This document shows positions 16,566 to 26,480 of a stretch of DNA of 64,000 bases, piece by piece; the stretch's first letter is position 1, and each line of letters starts with the position of its first letter. A model generated the notes under the pieces. The model did no database searches. It was not told the DNA's origin and saw nothing but the letters and a program-made list of their open reading frames with translations. Origin of the DNA: an uncultured Acidimicrobiia bacterium (GTDB taxonomy: Bacteria; Actinomycetota; Acidimicrobiia; Acidimicrobiales; AC-14). Location of the stretch: positions 96,001 through 160,000 of the forward strand of contig CAWIIV010000008.1 of the NCBI GenBank assembly GCA_963836205.1, written 5' to 3'. The position numbers and the translations under genes were made by a program.

Positions 16566-19500
16566 CTAGCGGGAGGACCGGCGGGGGCCGGCGTCGGGGA
16601 AGGCGGCCGGCTCCACGCCGATGTCGGCCATGCGGTCGCAGTAGGTGCGGTACATGCGGCGGGCCTCCCCGTGGCGGCCGGCACCCCGCAACGCGGCGAC
16701 CAGTTGGAGGTGGGCCCGCTCGTCGTAGGCGTCCCGGGCCAGCACGCGCAGCAGGTAGCGGCCGGCCCCGTCGTGGTCGCCGGCGGCCAGGGTGAGGTCG
16801 GCCAGGGCCATGGCGACGGAGAGGTAGGTGGTACGGGCCTCTTCCCGGAGGATGGTGGACCAGTCGGCGTAGAGGTCCTCCTCCAGGAACTCCCCGGCGT
16901 AGGCGGCCTCGGCCTGCGCCAGCAGGACGGCGGCCCCGGGGTTGCCGGCCGCCGACGCCCGCAGCCCGTCCCGCGCGTCGGCGAGGAACGCCTCCACATC
17001 GACCGTGACGTTGTCCAGCCGGATCCAGGCCGCGTTGCGGTCGTTGGCCACGAAGTGCTCGGCCTCGAAGCGCTTGTCCGGGTCGAGGACGGACCGGAGC
17101 GTGGAGAGGGTCACCGACAGCTTCGACCCCGCTTTGGACGGGTCCTCGTCCTCCCACAGGAGATCGATGAGGACATCTCGGGGAACGGGGCGGCCCCGGC
17201 GGGCGACCAGGATCTTGAGCAGGTCGCGAGCCTTGCGGGACTGCCACTCGACGGTGGCGATCGGCGTCCCGCTCCGTTCGACGCCGAAGCCGCCCAGGAC
17301 CCGGACGGCTAGCACCGGGCGGGCGGCGTGGGCCAGGTCGGCCTGGACCCGGGCCGCCTCGCCGGCCAGGGTGCGGGCCCCGAGCCGGCCCAGCTCCCGT
17401 TCGGCCTCGGCCGCCGCCGCCTGCGCCCCCGGGCAGCCGATGGTGGCCCGGGCCAGGAGCACCCGGGCCTCCCCCAGGGGGCTGCCGATGGAAGCCCACA
17501 GGGCGGCCGCCTCGTCGAGCAGGGGCGCCGCCGTGCGGGGATCGCCGTCGAGCCGGGCCTGGAGCTCGAGGGCGTCGGCCAGCGCCGGTCGGTCGTAGCG
17601 GGCGCGGGCGGCGGCACTCGCCTCCTCGGCCCGGGCCCCGGCGATGGTCCGCTCCCCCATCCGCAGGGCCGCCTCGGCCGCGGCCAGGAGGGCGTCGGGC
17701 CGGGCGAGCGACGGCACCGCCAAGGCCCGGGCGGTGAGGCGCTCGGCCTCCTCACAGTCGATGTCGGCCACGGTCAGGGCCAGGCCGGCCAGCGCTGGGA
17801 CCAGGCCCTGGTGGTCGCCCGACGCGTCCGAGATCGAAATGGCCTCCTCGTAGTAGGTGCGGGCCAGGGTCAGGTGGCCCTGCAGGCGGTGGACGGTGCC
17901 CAGGTCGGCAAGGGGGTAGCTGGCCATGCGCGAGCCCCGGGCCTCGTAGTCGGCCTTGGCCGCCTCCAGCTCCCGCGCCGCCTCGTCCAGCCGGCCGAGG
18001 CCGAGCAGGGCGTGGCCCCGGTTGGCGAGGGCCACCGCCCGGAGCATCCCGATGCCGGCCAGGTCGGCCAACCGGACGGCCTCGTCCAGCTCCACTAAGG
18101 CCTCCCGGTACGAGCCCTCGTTGAGGAACCGCGAGCCGCGGTTGTTGCGGATGCGGACGATCTGGAAGTGGTCGTGGGCGGCCTCGGCATGGGTCAGGGC
18201 CCGCTGGTAGTGACGCATGGCGGTGCGGTCGCCGACCAGGGCCGCGGCCATGCCCCGGGCGGTGCAGGCCATGGCCCAGGCCCGGTCGTCGCCGCTCCGC
18301 CCGGCGGCGGCCTCGGACTCGGCAGTCAGTCGGTGGCAGCGCTCGACGTCGCCCAGCAGCCAGGCGACGGTGGCCGCCCAGGCGAGGACCATGGCCCGCA
18401 GGGCGTCGTCGCCGGGAGCGGCCAGCGCCCGCTGGTAGAAGTCCATGGCGACGTCGAGCTCACCGCGGAAGTGGTGGACGAGGCCCGCCACCAGGCCCGC
18501 CGACATCGACAGCGGGCCCGCGTCCGCCCCGACGCACGGCCCGAGCAGGGCGTGGGCGCCGTCGAAGTCGCCCCGGATGAGCCGGGCGACGGCCTCACCG
18601 CACGCCTGCGCCGGTTCCTCGCGGTCGGCGGCGGCCAGGAGGCCGGTGAAGGGCCGATCCTCCCCCCGCCCCTCCAGCCAGGCCGCGGCCCGCCGCACCA
18701 TGACCGCGCCGTCGTCCGCCACCACCGCCAGGTGGGCCTGCACGAAGCGGCGGAGCAGGGGCGGGACGACGAACCAACCGTCGTGGTCGCCATTGCGGTC
18801 AGGGACGATCCAGAGCCCGTCCCGGGCCACCCGCCGGACCAGGTCGTCGGCGTCGGGACCGAGGATCCTGGCCACCTGGGGCGGGGTGAAGCGCTCCAGG
18901 GGGACGACGGCGCGCAGCAGGTCGACCACCGCGCCGGACGTGCCCGGGAGGACCTCCTCCACCAGGAACGCCTCCAGCGGTGTGCCGGCGTCGGCCGCCT
19001 GCGCCACCATGGCCGCCCACCGGTCGGACGGGGCGTCCTGCAGCCAGTCGGCCACGATGCGCACCCCCGCCGGCCACCCGCCGGTGGCGTCGTGCACGGC
19101 CGCGGCCACGTCGGCGGCCCCGAGCACGGACACCATCAGGGCCGCCGTCTCCGCCTCCGTGTACCGCAGCCCCGCACCGGTGATGTCGAGCACCTGGCCC
19201 TGGCTGCGCAGGCGGGAGACCCCGAACGGCGGATCGGTGCGGGAGGCGAGCACGAGGTGGAGGCGGGCGGGGCCACTGCGGACGAGGTCGGCCAGGAGCT
19301 GGGCCGTACCCTCGGCCCCGGCCAGGTGGTGGACGTCGTCGACCACCAGGGTGAGGTCGTCGACGACACGCTGGGTGAGCACCGCGACCAGCGCGTCGGC
19401 CGCCAACGACCCCTGGCCGGAGGCGGGGACGGCCAGCCCTCCGCCGGTGATGGTGGCCGGCCCGGTCGTGACCACCTCGGCCGGGTCCAGGCCCGGCACG

Positions 19501-19754
19501 CACACCCGGACCGCCTCGAGCAGCCCCCGAGCCAACACCGCCGGGTCCCGGTCGGCGGCACCGACGGTGAACCAGGCGCGGCACCGGTCACCCGTCCACC
19601 CGGCCAGCAAGGTGGTCTTGCCGAGGCCGGCGGCGGCCGTGACCAGGGTGAGCCGGCGGTGGTCGGCCTCGCCGAGACGGTCCAGCAGCCGGCTCCGGGG
19701 CACGAGGGCCGGCCGGTAGCCCGGCACGGTCACCTCGTCATGCGGCCCCGGCAC
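16566..19754 (-). CDS. Large MalT-like ATP-dependent regulator with TPR region and C-terminal wHTH-BTAD (SARP) domain
   Basis: LVPRSRLL, AAAGLGKTTLL (P-loop), VVDDVHH, TGGWPAG, WQSRKARDLL, DAYDERAH. Confidence 0.88.
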   Translation of the reverse strand: MPGPHDEVTVPGYRPALVPRSRLLDRLGEADHRRLTLVTAAAGLGKTTLLAGWTGDRCRAWFTVGAADRDPAVLARGLLEAVRVCVPGLDPAEVVTTGPATITGGGLAVPASGQGSLAADALVAVLTQRVVDDLTLVVDDVHHLAGAEGTAQLLADLVRSGPARLHLVLASRTDPPFGVSRLRSQGQVLDITGAGLRYTEAETAALMVSVLGAADVAAAVHDATGGWPAGVRIVADWLQDAPSDRWAAMVAQAADAGTPLEAFLVEEVLPGTSGAVVDLLRAVVPLERFTPPQVARILGPDADDLVRRVARDGLWIVPDRNGDHDGWFVVPPLLRRFVQAHLAVVADDGAVMVRRAAAWLEGRGEDRPFTGLLAAADREEPAQACGEAVARLIRGDFDGAHALLGPCVGADAGPLSMSAGLVAGLVHHFRGELDVAMDFYQRALAAPGDDALRAMVLAWAATVAWLLGDVERCHRLTAESEAAAGRSGDDRAWAMACTARGMAAALVGDRTAMRHYQRALTHAEAAHDHFQIVRIRNNRGSRFLNEGSYREALVELDEAVRLADLAGIGMLRAVALANRGHALLGLGRLDEAARELEAAKADYEARGSRMASYPLADLGTVHRLQGHLTLARTYYEEAISISDASGDHQGLVPALAGLALTVADIDCEEAERLTARALAVPSLARPDALLAAAEAALRMGERTIAGARAEEASAAARARYDRPALADALELQARLDGDPRTAAPLLDEAAALWASIGSPLGEARVLLARATIGCPGAQAAAAEAERELGRLGARTLAGEAARVQADLAHAARPVLAVRVLGGFGVERSGTPIATVEWQSRKARDLLKILVARRGRPVPRDVLIDLLWEDEDPSKAGSKLSVTLSTLRSVLDPDKRFEAEHFVANDRNAAWIRLDNVTVDVEAFLADARDGLRASAAGNPGAAVLLAQAEAAYAGEFLEEDLYADWSTILREEARTTYLSVAMALADLTLAAGDHDGAGRYLLRVLARDAYDERAHLQLVAALRGAGRHGEARRMYRTYCDRMADIGVEPAAFPDAGPRRSSR

Positions 19755-19822
19755 GTCCTCTCCCCCCTAGCCTTCTCCCTGATGAGCCGCGCCCACCGCC
19801 GTCTGATACGAGCGACGGCCTG

Positions 19823-20937
19823 ATGCTCACGTGGGCCCAGGTCGGCGCCTGGCGGATGGGCCGCCACCACCTGGTCGAGCGGGCACCCCGCGCCGACCTC
19901 CTCGACGTGGTCTCCGACGTCTGCGGCCTCCACGCCCAGCTCTTGTCGTCGGCCGAGCTCACCGCCTGGGCCCGGGTCGCCGACCTCGAGCCCGACGCCG
20001 TCGCCACCGCCTTGGCCGACGACCGCACCCTGGTGAAGTCGTGGGCCATGCGGGGGACGCTCCACCTCCTGCGCTCGTCGGAGTACGGGCTCTGGCTGGG
20101 CGGGCTGAGCACCTTCCGCCACTACCTCAAGCCGTCGTGGTCGAAGGGGTTCGGGATCTCCCAGGACGAGCTCAAGCGGATGATCGCGGCCGTGGCCGAG
20201 GTGCTCGACGGCCGCACCCTCACCCGGGACGAGCTGGCCGCCGAGGTGGCCCGCATCACCCGCTCCCCCGGCCTGGCCGAGAAACTGCTCGGGAGCTGGG
20301 GGTCGACGCTCAAGCCGGCGACGTACCAGGGCCAGTTGTGCTTCGGGCCGGTCCGGGGCCGCAACGTCACCTTCGTCCGTCCCGACCAGTGGCTGGAGGA
20401 CCTCACGGTCGGCGCCGGCCGACGAGGCCATGGCCACCATCACCCGGCGCTTCCTGGCTGCCAACGGCCCTGCCACCAGGGAAGATTACGCCCGGTGGTT
20501 CGCCATCACACCGGCGGCGGCCGGCAAGAACATCGCCGGTCTGGGCGACGAGGTGACCGAGGTCGACGTCGACGGCACGCCGATGTGGATGCTGGCGGCC
20601 GACGTCGAACCCGCTCGCCGGACCAAGCCCCCCCACGTCGTCCGCCTCCTCCCCGCCTTCGACCAGCTCGTGGTCGCCTCCACCCGCCACGCCGACAACC
20701 TCCTGCCCGGACCCCGCCTGCGGGCCCGCGTCGTACCGCCCCCAGGGCTGGCTGTCGCCGGTGGTCCTCGTCGACGGCCGGATGGCCGGCGTCTGGAAGC
20801 ACGAGCGCAAGGGGTCACGCCTCACGGTCACGATCGAGCCCTTCACCAAGCTCCCCAAGTGGGCCGTCAAGGCGGCCGAGTCCGAAGCGGAGGCGTTGGC
20901 GAACTTCCTCGGGGCCGAGCTGCAGATCGTCTGGTGA
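19823..20937 (+). CDS. Winged-helix DNA glycosylase AlkZ/YcaQ-like (HTH_42), frameshifted near 20415 and 20735
   Basis: GLHAQ, VKSWAMRGTLHL, FLAANGPAT..DYARW, VRLLPAFDQL, PVVLVDGRMAGVW. Confidence 0.8.
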
Positions 20938-21005
20938 CGCAACCTTCCGCGCCGTCGGCGGCGTCTACAGGGAAATGGGTGGCGATTCGGCCATCCCCGA
21001 CCGAG

Positions 21006-22280
21006 ATGAGGAGCACGGCTGTGATCTGGCAACGGCGAACGGTGGGCGGGACGAGCCTGGCGACGGTGGCGATCACCGTTTTGGCGGCCTGCGGTGGCAG
21101 TTCGGGGACGCCCACATCCACGACGGCACCCCCCCGCACCGACCCCACCGGTTCAACCACTTCCACCTCGTCGGCCGTCGACGCCCCGAACACCACGTCC
21201 CTCACACAACCGGCGCCGGTCTGGCGCCCCCTGCTGGAGGCGCCGATCGCCGGTCGAATCGGTGCGGGCGTGGTCTGGACGGGACGGGAGATGCTCGTGT
21301 GGGGCGGCCTTCCCCGACCGGCAGATCCCGACGCGCTGATGGAAAGGGTGGGCGACGGCGCCGCCTACGACCCGGCCACCCGGTCCTGGCGGACGCTCGC
21401 CCCGCCGCCTCCCGGCGTGCTCGGCATCGCCGACGAGGGCGCGGTGTGGACCGGTGACGAGGCCGTGTTCTGGACGGGGAACATGCCCGACGGTCCCGCC
21501 AGCGGCGCCGTCTACAACCCCGGGAACGACACCTGGCGGCCTCTGCCCGACGGTCCACTCACGATTCGCGAGGGATACACCTCGGTGTGGACCGGCTCGG
21601 AGATGGTCATCCTGGGCGGCCACGGGGGCAAGAACTTCTCCGACCCGGTCGCCGCCGCCGTCGATCCCCGCACCGGCGCCTGGCGACTCCTGCCCGGTCT
21701 CAAGGACCTCGTCGGCCTCCTCCCCCACCAGGCCTTCTGGGACGGCCGCGAGGTCCTGGTCTCGGGATCACTGGCACTGTGCCCGGAGGAGGGCGGGGGA
21801 TGCAGCGGGAGCCGGCCCATCTTCGTCGCCTACGACCCGAAGACCGACGTCCGCCGCGAGATCGACCTGGCCGGGACGCGCTTCGAGGATCCGAACCCCC
21901 CGCGCCCGATCGGCTGGACCGGCACCGAGCTGCTGTTCGCGGCGTACGACGAGCCGTCGCTCGCCATCCTCGGCTACGCCCCCGCGACGGGAACGTGGCG
22001 GACCGGTGCGTCCACCAGGTGCACGCCCTCGGACTCGGGCTATGCCCAAAGCGCGTGGCTGGGCGATCGCTTCCTCGGGACCTGCGGCGACGAGTTGCTC
22101 CTGTACGACGTGGCCGACGACACCTGGGACGTCGTCGACACCGACTCGTCGCCCTTGGGCACCCACTACAGCAGTGCCATCGCCTGGACGGGAACCGAGC
22201 TGATCGTGTGGAGCGGCGGGATCGAGGCCCCCTACAACCCCACGCCGAACGAGGGCGCCACCATCACCTTGGCGACGTGA
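21006..22280 (+). CDS. Lipoprotein with Kelch-like beta-propeller repeats
   Basis: Lipobox LAAC; Thr/Ser-rich linker; repeated VWTG.E..VWGG and AYDP.T..W. Confidence 0.8.
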   Translation: MRSTAVIWQRRTVGGTSLATVAITVLAACGGSSGTPTSTTAPPRTDPTGSTTSTSSAVDAPNTTSLTQPAPVWRPLLEAPIAGRIGAGVVWTGREMLVWGGLPRPADPDALMERVGDGAAYDPATRSWRTLAPPPPGVLGIADEGAVWTGDEAVFWTGNMPDGPASGAVYNPGNDTWRPLPDGPLTIREGYTSVWTGSEMVILGGHGGKNFSDPVAAAVDPRTGAWRLLPGLKDLVGLLPHQAFWDGREVLVSGSLALCPEEGGGCSGSRPIFVAYDPKTDVRREIDLAGTRFEDPNPPRPIGWTGTELLFAAYDEPSLAILGYAPATGTWRTGASTRCTPSDSGYAQSAWLGDRFLGTCGDELLLYDVADDTWDVVDTDSSPLGTHYSSAIAWTGTELIVWSGGIEAPYNPTPNEGATITLAT

Positions 22281-22353
22281 CCGTGCTTCAGACCCAGGTT
22301 GTCGGAGAGAGTCACATGCCGTGGCAGGCTCCATCGTCCCTCAAATCTGCTAC

Positions 22354-23499
22354 TTATCCATTTTGAGGGTTGCCCTCGTCAGCACCATTGGCACCTCTCG
22401 ATGTGCTCAATTCGTCGTGCCACCCAAGCACGAGTGCGTTTGCCTCAATTACAAGACGGTCTGCCTCTTCGTAGGCCTTGCCCATCTGGCGCATGGTACG
22501 GCTTGTGTGATAATAGCCTTTCGCAAAGTCTTGCATCAGAACATCGCCTCTACGACGTTGCTCGCTATTAATGCGGATATTATCTAAGGCCTCCCCTATT
22601 GCTGTCGCTAAACTTTCGACCAGGAATGAAGAATCCGGATGATTGAGAGCAATGCGCGAAACTGCCGTGACTAACGGATTTAGCTCTACGCTCTTGGCCA
22701 GGTAGATCCGGCCCAATTGAACGGACCGCTCAGCCAAAGGCAACTCCTCTGCTGCAAAACGCTGAAGCTCTACGAATCGAGCGCTTGCCGGGGCACCCGA
22801 TTGGTTCAGCTTGCGGAGCCGATCGTGATGGACGCGATATGTCGCCTGGTGCTGAGCGTGGACTGTCTGGCTAGCTCGTACTGCTTCCAGCCAATCCGGT
22901 ATGAGAGTGTCAATTCGCTCGATCAGCGAGGTGAGATCGGCTCTCTCTCCACCCCGCTTCTCCGCTAGGGACTCGGTCGCGATCTGGTGTCTTGTGACCG
23001 TCGACGCAATCTCTACGAGTCGTTTGGCAAGAATGTTCAACCCCGCTCGGTACTCAGCGGCAGCGGGTCCAGCGAGCCGCAACTCCCTCCAGTCTGAATA
23101 CTGCATACGGGCCACGAGTGCAATCGCCTCGTCCTGGTTATCGGATGCGAAGCCAGGGATGTCACTGTAGAGGATAGGTAGGACGAGGTCTCCCACGCCG
23201 AGACTCTGTGCCTGGCCGACGAACGAAATAAGTTCGCGGCGACACTCGGAGCGCTTGAAGTATCGCGGCGTAATGATGGGAATAAAGAACGTTGTTTGCA
23301 CGAGGGCATTGTCAATTCGGCGCTGCCACTCGTCCCCCCATGACAAGTTGGTTCGATCGACGAATAGAATCATCGACTCACCGGTCAAGAGCGAAAATTC
23401 TGCGCGCAAACGGGCGGCAAGCTCAACAATTCCGCCAGCGTCAGCCTCGTTGTCCTCGTGGGCGTAACTCCAGAAACCGGCCGCAGCACTGTCCTCCAC
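22354..23499 (-). CDS. TIR-domain protein with helical C-terminus
   Basis: FWSYAHED, LFVDR..LSWGDEW, FFIPIITPRYFKRSECRREL (catalytic Glu region), VLPILY; visibly AT-richer than its flanks. Confidence 0.85.
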   Translation of the reverse strand: MEDSAAAGFWSYAHEDNEADAGGIVELAARLRAEFSLLTGESMILFVDRTNLSWGDEWQRRIDNALVQTTFFIPIITPRYFKRSECRRELISFVGQAQSLGVGDLVLPILYSDIPGFASDNQDEAIALVARMQYSDWRELRLAGPAAAEYRAGLNILAKRLVEIASTVTRHQIATESLAEKRGGERADLTSLIERIDTLIPDWLEAVRASQTVHAQHQATYRVHHDRLRKLNQSGAPASARFVELQRFAAEELPLAERSVQLGRIYLAKSVELNPLVTAVSRIALNHPDSSFLVESLATAIGEALDNIRINSEQRRRGDVLMQDFAKGYYHTSRTMRQMGKAYEEADRLVIEANALVLGWHDELSTSRGANGADEGNPQNG

Positions 23500-23749
23500 G
23501 CAATGAACGGTACTCGCAGTCGGGCGAGAGGTTCGATGACGATGAGCCCGACAGAATGCCAACTGTGCGATGGCCTCCCAGCACGATCACGATCGCCCTC
23601 GCAGCTTGAGCCGGTTCGGGCGTCTGGTATCAGCGGCGGCGTGGCGCCGGCGCGGTCTCGATGAGGTATATCGCTGCCTCAATTCGACCGACGAATGAGG
23701 GACCCGTCGAGGACGCCCTGCTGGGCTGCTGCACCCGGATCCGCCCTAG

Positions 23750-25572
23750 GACGCCGCTGATCTAATCGGCCGACCATCCACCACCGGCCGACTCCGGCAC
23801 CCGAGACTTGGTCATGGGGATCGGGGCTGCGGTCAAGCAGGGCCAGTTCGAGGACTCGGCGGTGGTGCTGGGCGAGCGGTTGGCCCCGGGTTCGATCTAT
23901 CGGCTGCTGGCCGACGAGGGCCACGTCCTTTTCCCGGACACCTACTTCGCCGACCTGTTCAAGGACACCCCCCGGGGACGTCCCAGCATCCCCGCCCGCA
24001 CGGTGGCCACGGTGATGCTGCTGCAGAGCTTCGAAGGCCTGTCTGATCGGGAGGCGTGCGACCACCTTGTCTTTGACTTGCGTTGGCAGGCGGCGGCGGG
24101 CCTGACGACCAGGGCCGAGTCGTTCCACCCCACGGTGCTGGTGGGCATGCGCAACCGTCTGCGGCGCTCCGATCGTCGCTATCGCCTCCACGAGGACACC
24201 CTCGTCCCGGCCCGGGCCGCGGGGGTGCTCAAGGACCGGGCCCGGGTGCTGGACTCGACCGCCCTCTACGACTCGGTGGCCACCCAGGACACCGTGACCC
24301 AGCTGCGCTCTGCCATCCGCAAGGTGCTCTCGGTCGTCGGTCCCCTGGCTGTGCTCGTGCGGGCGGCCCTGGCTCGTGACGACGACTACGCCTCGATCGG
24401 CAAGCCGCCCTGTGACTGGGACGACGCCGCCGCCCGCGAAGCCCTGGTCGATGCCCTGGTCAAAGACGCCTTGGCCGCCCTGGCCGTGCTCGACGGCCAC
24501 AGCCTGGAGGGGCCAGCAGCCGAGGCGGCGGCGCTGCTGGCCCGGGTGGCGGGACAGGACGTGGCCGAGGGCGACGACGGGGTGTTCCGCATCGTGCGGG
24601 GCACGGCCGCCGACCGCATCATCTCCACCGTCGACCCCGAGGCCCGCCACGGCCACAAGAGCCGCAGCCGCCACATCGACGGCTACAAGACCCACCTGTC
24701 CGTCGACCCCGACTCCGAGATCATCGCCGCCGCCACCGTCACCCCGGCCAACACCGCGGACCGGGACGCCGTCGAGGAGCTGCTGGAGGAGCCGGGACCC
24801 GATGCGCAGGCGAGCACCGACCCCGGCTCCAAGCCGGCAGTGGTGGGCGACTCGGCCTACGCCGATGGGGCCACGCTCGCCGCCCTGGCCGAGGCTGGGC
24901 GGGAGGTCCTGTCCAAGGTCCCCCCCGCCCGCAACATGACCGGAGGCTTCTCCAAGGACCGCTTCGCCATCGACCTCGACAGCCGCACTGTCACCTGCCC
25001 CGCGGGCCAGATCGTGCCCATTGTCCTGGGCCTGCGCGGTGGCCGGGCCAGCTTCGGCCCCCACTGCGGGGACTGTCCTCTGCGGGCCGATTGCACCGCC
25101 TCGGCCAAGGGCCGCTCGATCACCATCCACCGCCACGAGGACGCCCTCCAGCGGGCCAAGGCGGCCCAGCGCAGCGAGGAGTGGAAGGCCCGCTACCGGG
25201 CCGACCGCCCGATCGTGGAGCGCAGGATCTCCCACTTCACCCGCCGGGCCTGGGGCGGGCGCAAGGCCCGCACCCGGGGCGTGGATCGCATCCGCATCGA
25301 TGTCGCCACCCGGGCCGGCGTCTTGAACTGGGCCCGCCTCGCCGTTCTCGGGCTGCGCTCGACGCCGACCGGCTGGGCCGTCGCCTGATCCGGACGAATG
25401 AGGCTCCTATCGGGCACCGGAGAGCCCCGAACCGCCCCTGTGGCGCTCCCCGGTGCCTCCAGCGACGACGGTGACCGCAGGTTGTCCTCGAGAGGACATC
25501 CCCCGCTTCCACCGCAGCCGCCCTCCGTGGAAGCCCGTCGGACGCCCGACGGGTCTTTAGAACAGCACCCTC
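23750..25572 (+). mobile_element. IS1182-family insertion sequence with CTAG target duplication
   Basis: CTAG at 23746-49 and 25573-76; imperfect terminal IRs (CTAG)GACGCCGCTGATCTAA versus revcomp (CTAG)GAGGGTGCTGTTCTAA. Confidence 0.8.
23808..25388 (+). CDS. IS1182-family transposase
   Basis: GRPSIP, LSDREA...DLRWQ, VLDST, DPEARHG, GYKTH, GDSAY, TCPAG...CGDCPLR..C, R..VER. Confidence 0.9.
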   Translation: MVMGIGAAVKQGQFEDSAVVLGERLAPGSIYRLLADEGHVLFPDTYFADLFKDTPRGRPSIPARTVATVMLLQSFEGLSDREACDHLVFDLRWQAAAGLTTRAESFHPTVLVGMRNRLRRSDRRYRLHEDTLVPARAAGVLKDRARVLDSTALYDSVATQDTVTQLRSAIRKVLSVVGPLAVLVRAALARDDDYASIGKPPCDWDDAAAREALVDALVKDALAALAVLDGHSLEGPAAEAAALLARVAGQDVAEGDDGVFRIVRGTAADRIISTVDPEARHGHKSRSRHIDGYKTHLSVDPDSEIIAAATVTPANTADRDAVEELLEEPGPDAQASTDPGSKPAVVGDSAYADGATLAALAEAGREVLSKVPPARNMTGGFSKDRFAIDLDSRTVTCPAGQIVPIVLGLRGGRASFGPHCGDCPLRADCTASAKGRSITIHRHEDALQRAKAAQRSEEWKARYRADRPIVERRISHFTRRAWGGRKARTRGVDRIRIDVATRAGVLNWARLAVLGLRSTPTGWAVA

Positions 25573-25811
25573 CTAGATCGCGACTGAGTTCGCCGACCGT
25601 GCACCGGCACGTTGCGAACCACCCATCGATCGCGGACTCGGGTGGCTGCCTACGGGCAGCCACCCCAGCCGACAGGACGGTGTGGGCGGACGGTGGGGCA
25701 CAGCCACAGTGTTCAGGGGCGCTGCTCGCTTGGGGATCGAGGGGCGGCACTCGTGGGTGATTGCGCCGCAGCCGCCGCCGCCGCCGGGCGGTCGCCGCCG
25801 CCCGCCCGAGC

Positions 25812-26480
25812 TCAGGCGTGCAGGCCGCACTCCGTCTTGGACTGGCCCGACCAACGGCCGGCGCGGGGGTCTTCGCCGGGGGCGACGGGGCGGGTGCACG
25901 GCCAGCAGCCGATCGACGGGTAGCCCCGGTCGACCAGGGGGTGGACGGGCAGGTCGTGCTCGACGATGTAGGCGTTGACCTGGTCGTCGGTCCAGGCCGC
26001 GATGGGGTTGACCTTCACCAGGCCCCGGCCGATGTCGAGGCTCACGATGGGGGTGGTGGCCCGGGTGGGGGCCTCCACCCGGCGGACGGCGGTCATCCAG
26101 GCCAACCGGCCGGCCAACGCCCGGGCCAGCGGCTCCACCTTGCGGGCCCCGCAGCAGGAGTCGACGTCGAGCTGCCAGAGGTCGCCCACCTCGACCGCCG
26201 GGTGCATGACGGTGAGGTTCATCCGGTAGCGCTGCCTCACCCGGTCGGCGAACCACATCGTCTCCGCGAAGTGGAACCCGGTGTCGAGGAAGACGACTTC
26301 GAGGTCGGGGGCGACCTTGAGGGCGATGTCGATCATGACGCAGTCCTGGAACGACGACGCCAGCACGATCCCGTCGCCGTAGGTGTCGACGGCCCACGCC
26401 ACCACGTCGGCCGCGGGCGCGTCCTCGAACTGCCGGGACAGCAGGGCCAGGTCGGCCAGGTCGGGAGAGGTGGCGGTCAC
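25812..26480 (-). CDS. cysH: Phosphoadenylyl-sulfate / APS reductase
   Basis: FLDTGFHFAET, SCCGARKVEP, KVNPI..W, GYPSIGCWPCT, RAGRW, KTECGLH. Confidence 0.93.
   Translation of the reverse strand: MTATSPDLADLALLSRQFEDAPAADVVAWAVDTYGDGIVLASSFQDCVMIDIALKVAPDLEVVFLDTGFHFAETMWFADRVRQRYRMNLTVMHPAVEVGDLWQLDVDSCCGARKVEPLARALAGRLAWMTAVRRVEAPTRATTPIVSLDIGRGLVKVNPIAAWTDDQVNAYIVEHDLPVHPLVDRGYPSIGCWPCTRPVAPGEDPRAGRWSGQSKTECGLHA

Noticed and set aside
24450-24459. GATGCCCTGG partial matches to the guide target (also at 61087-61096)
   Set aside because: Single 10-nt hits inside coding regions, expected by chance in GC-rich DNA.
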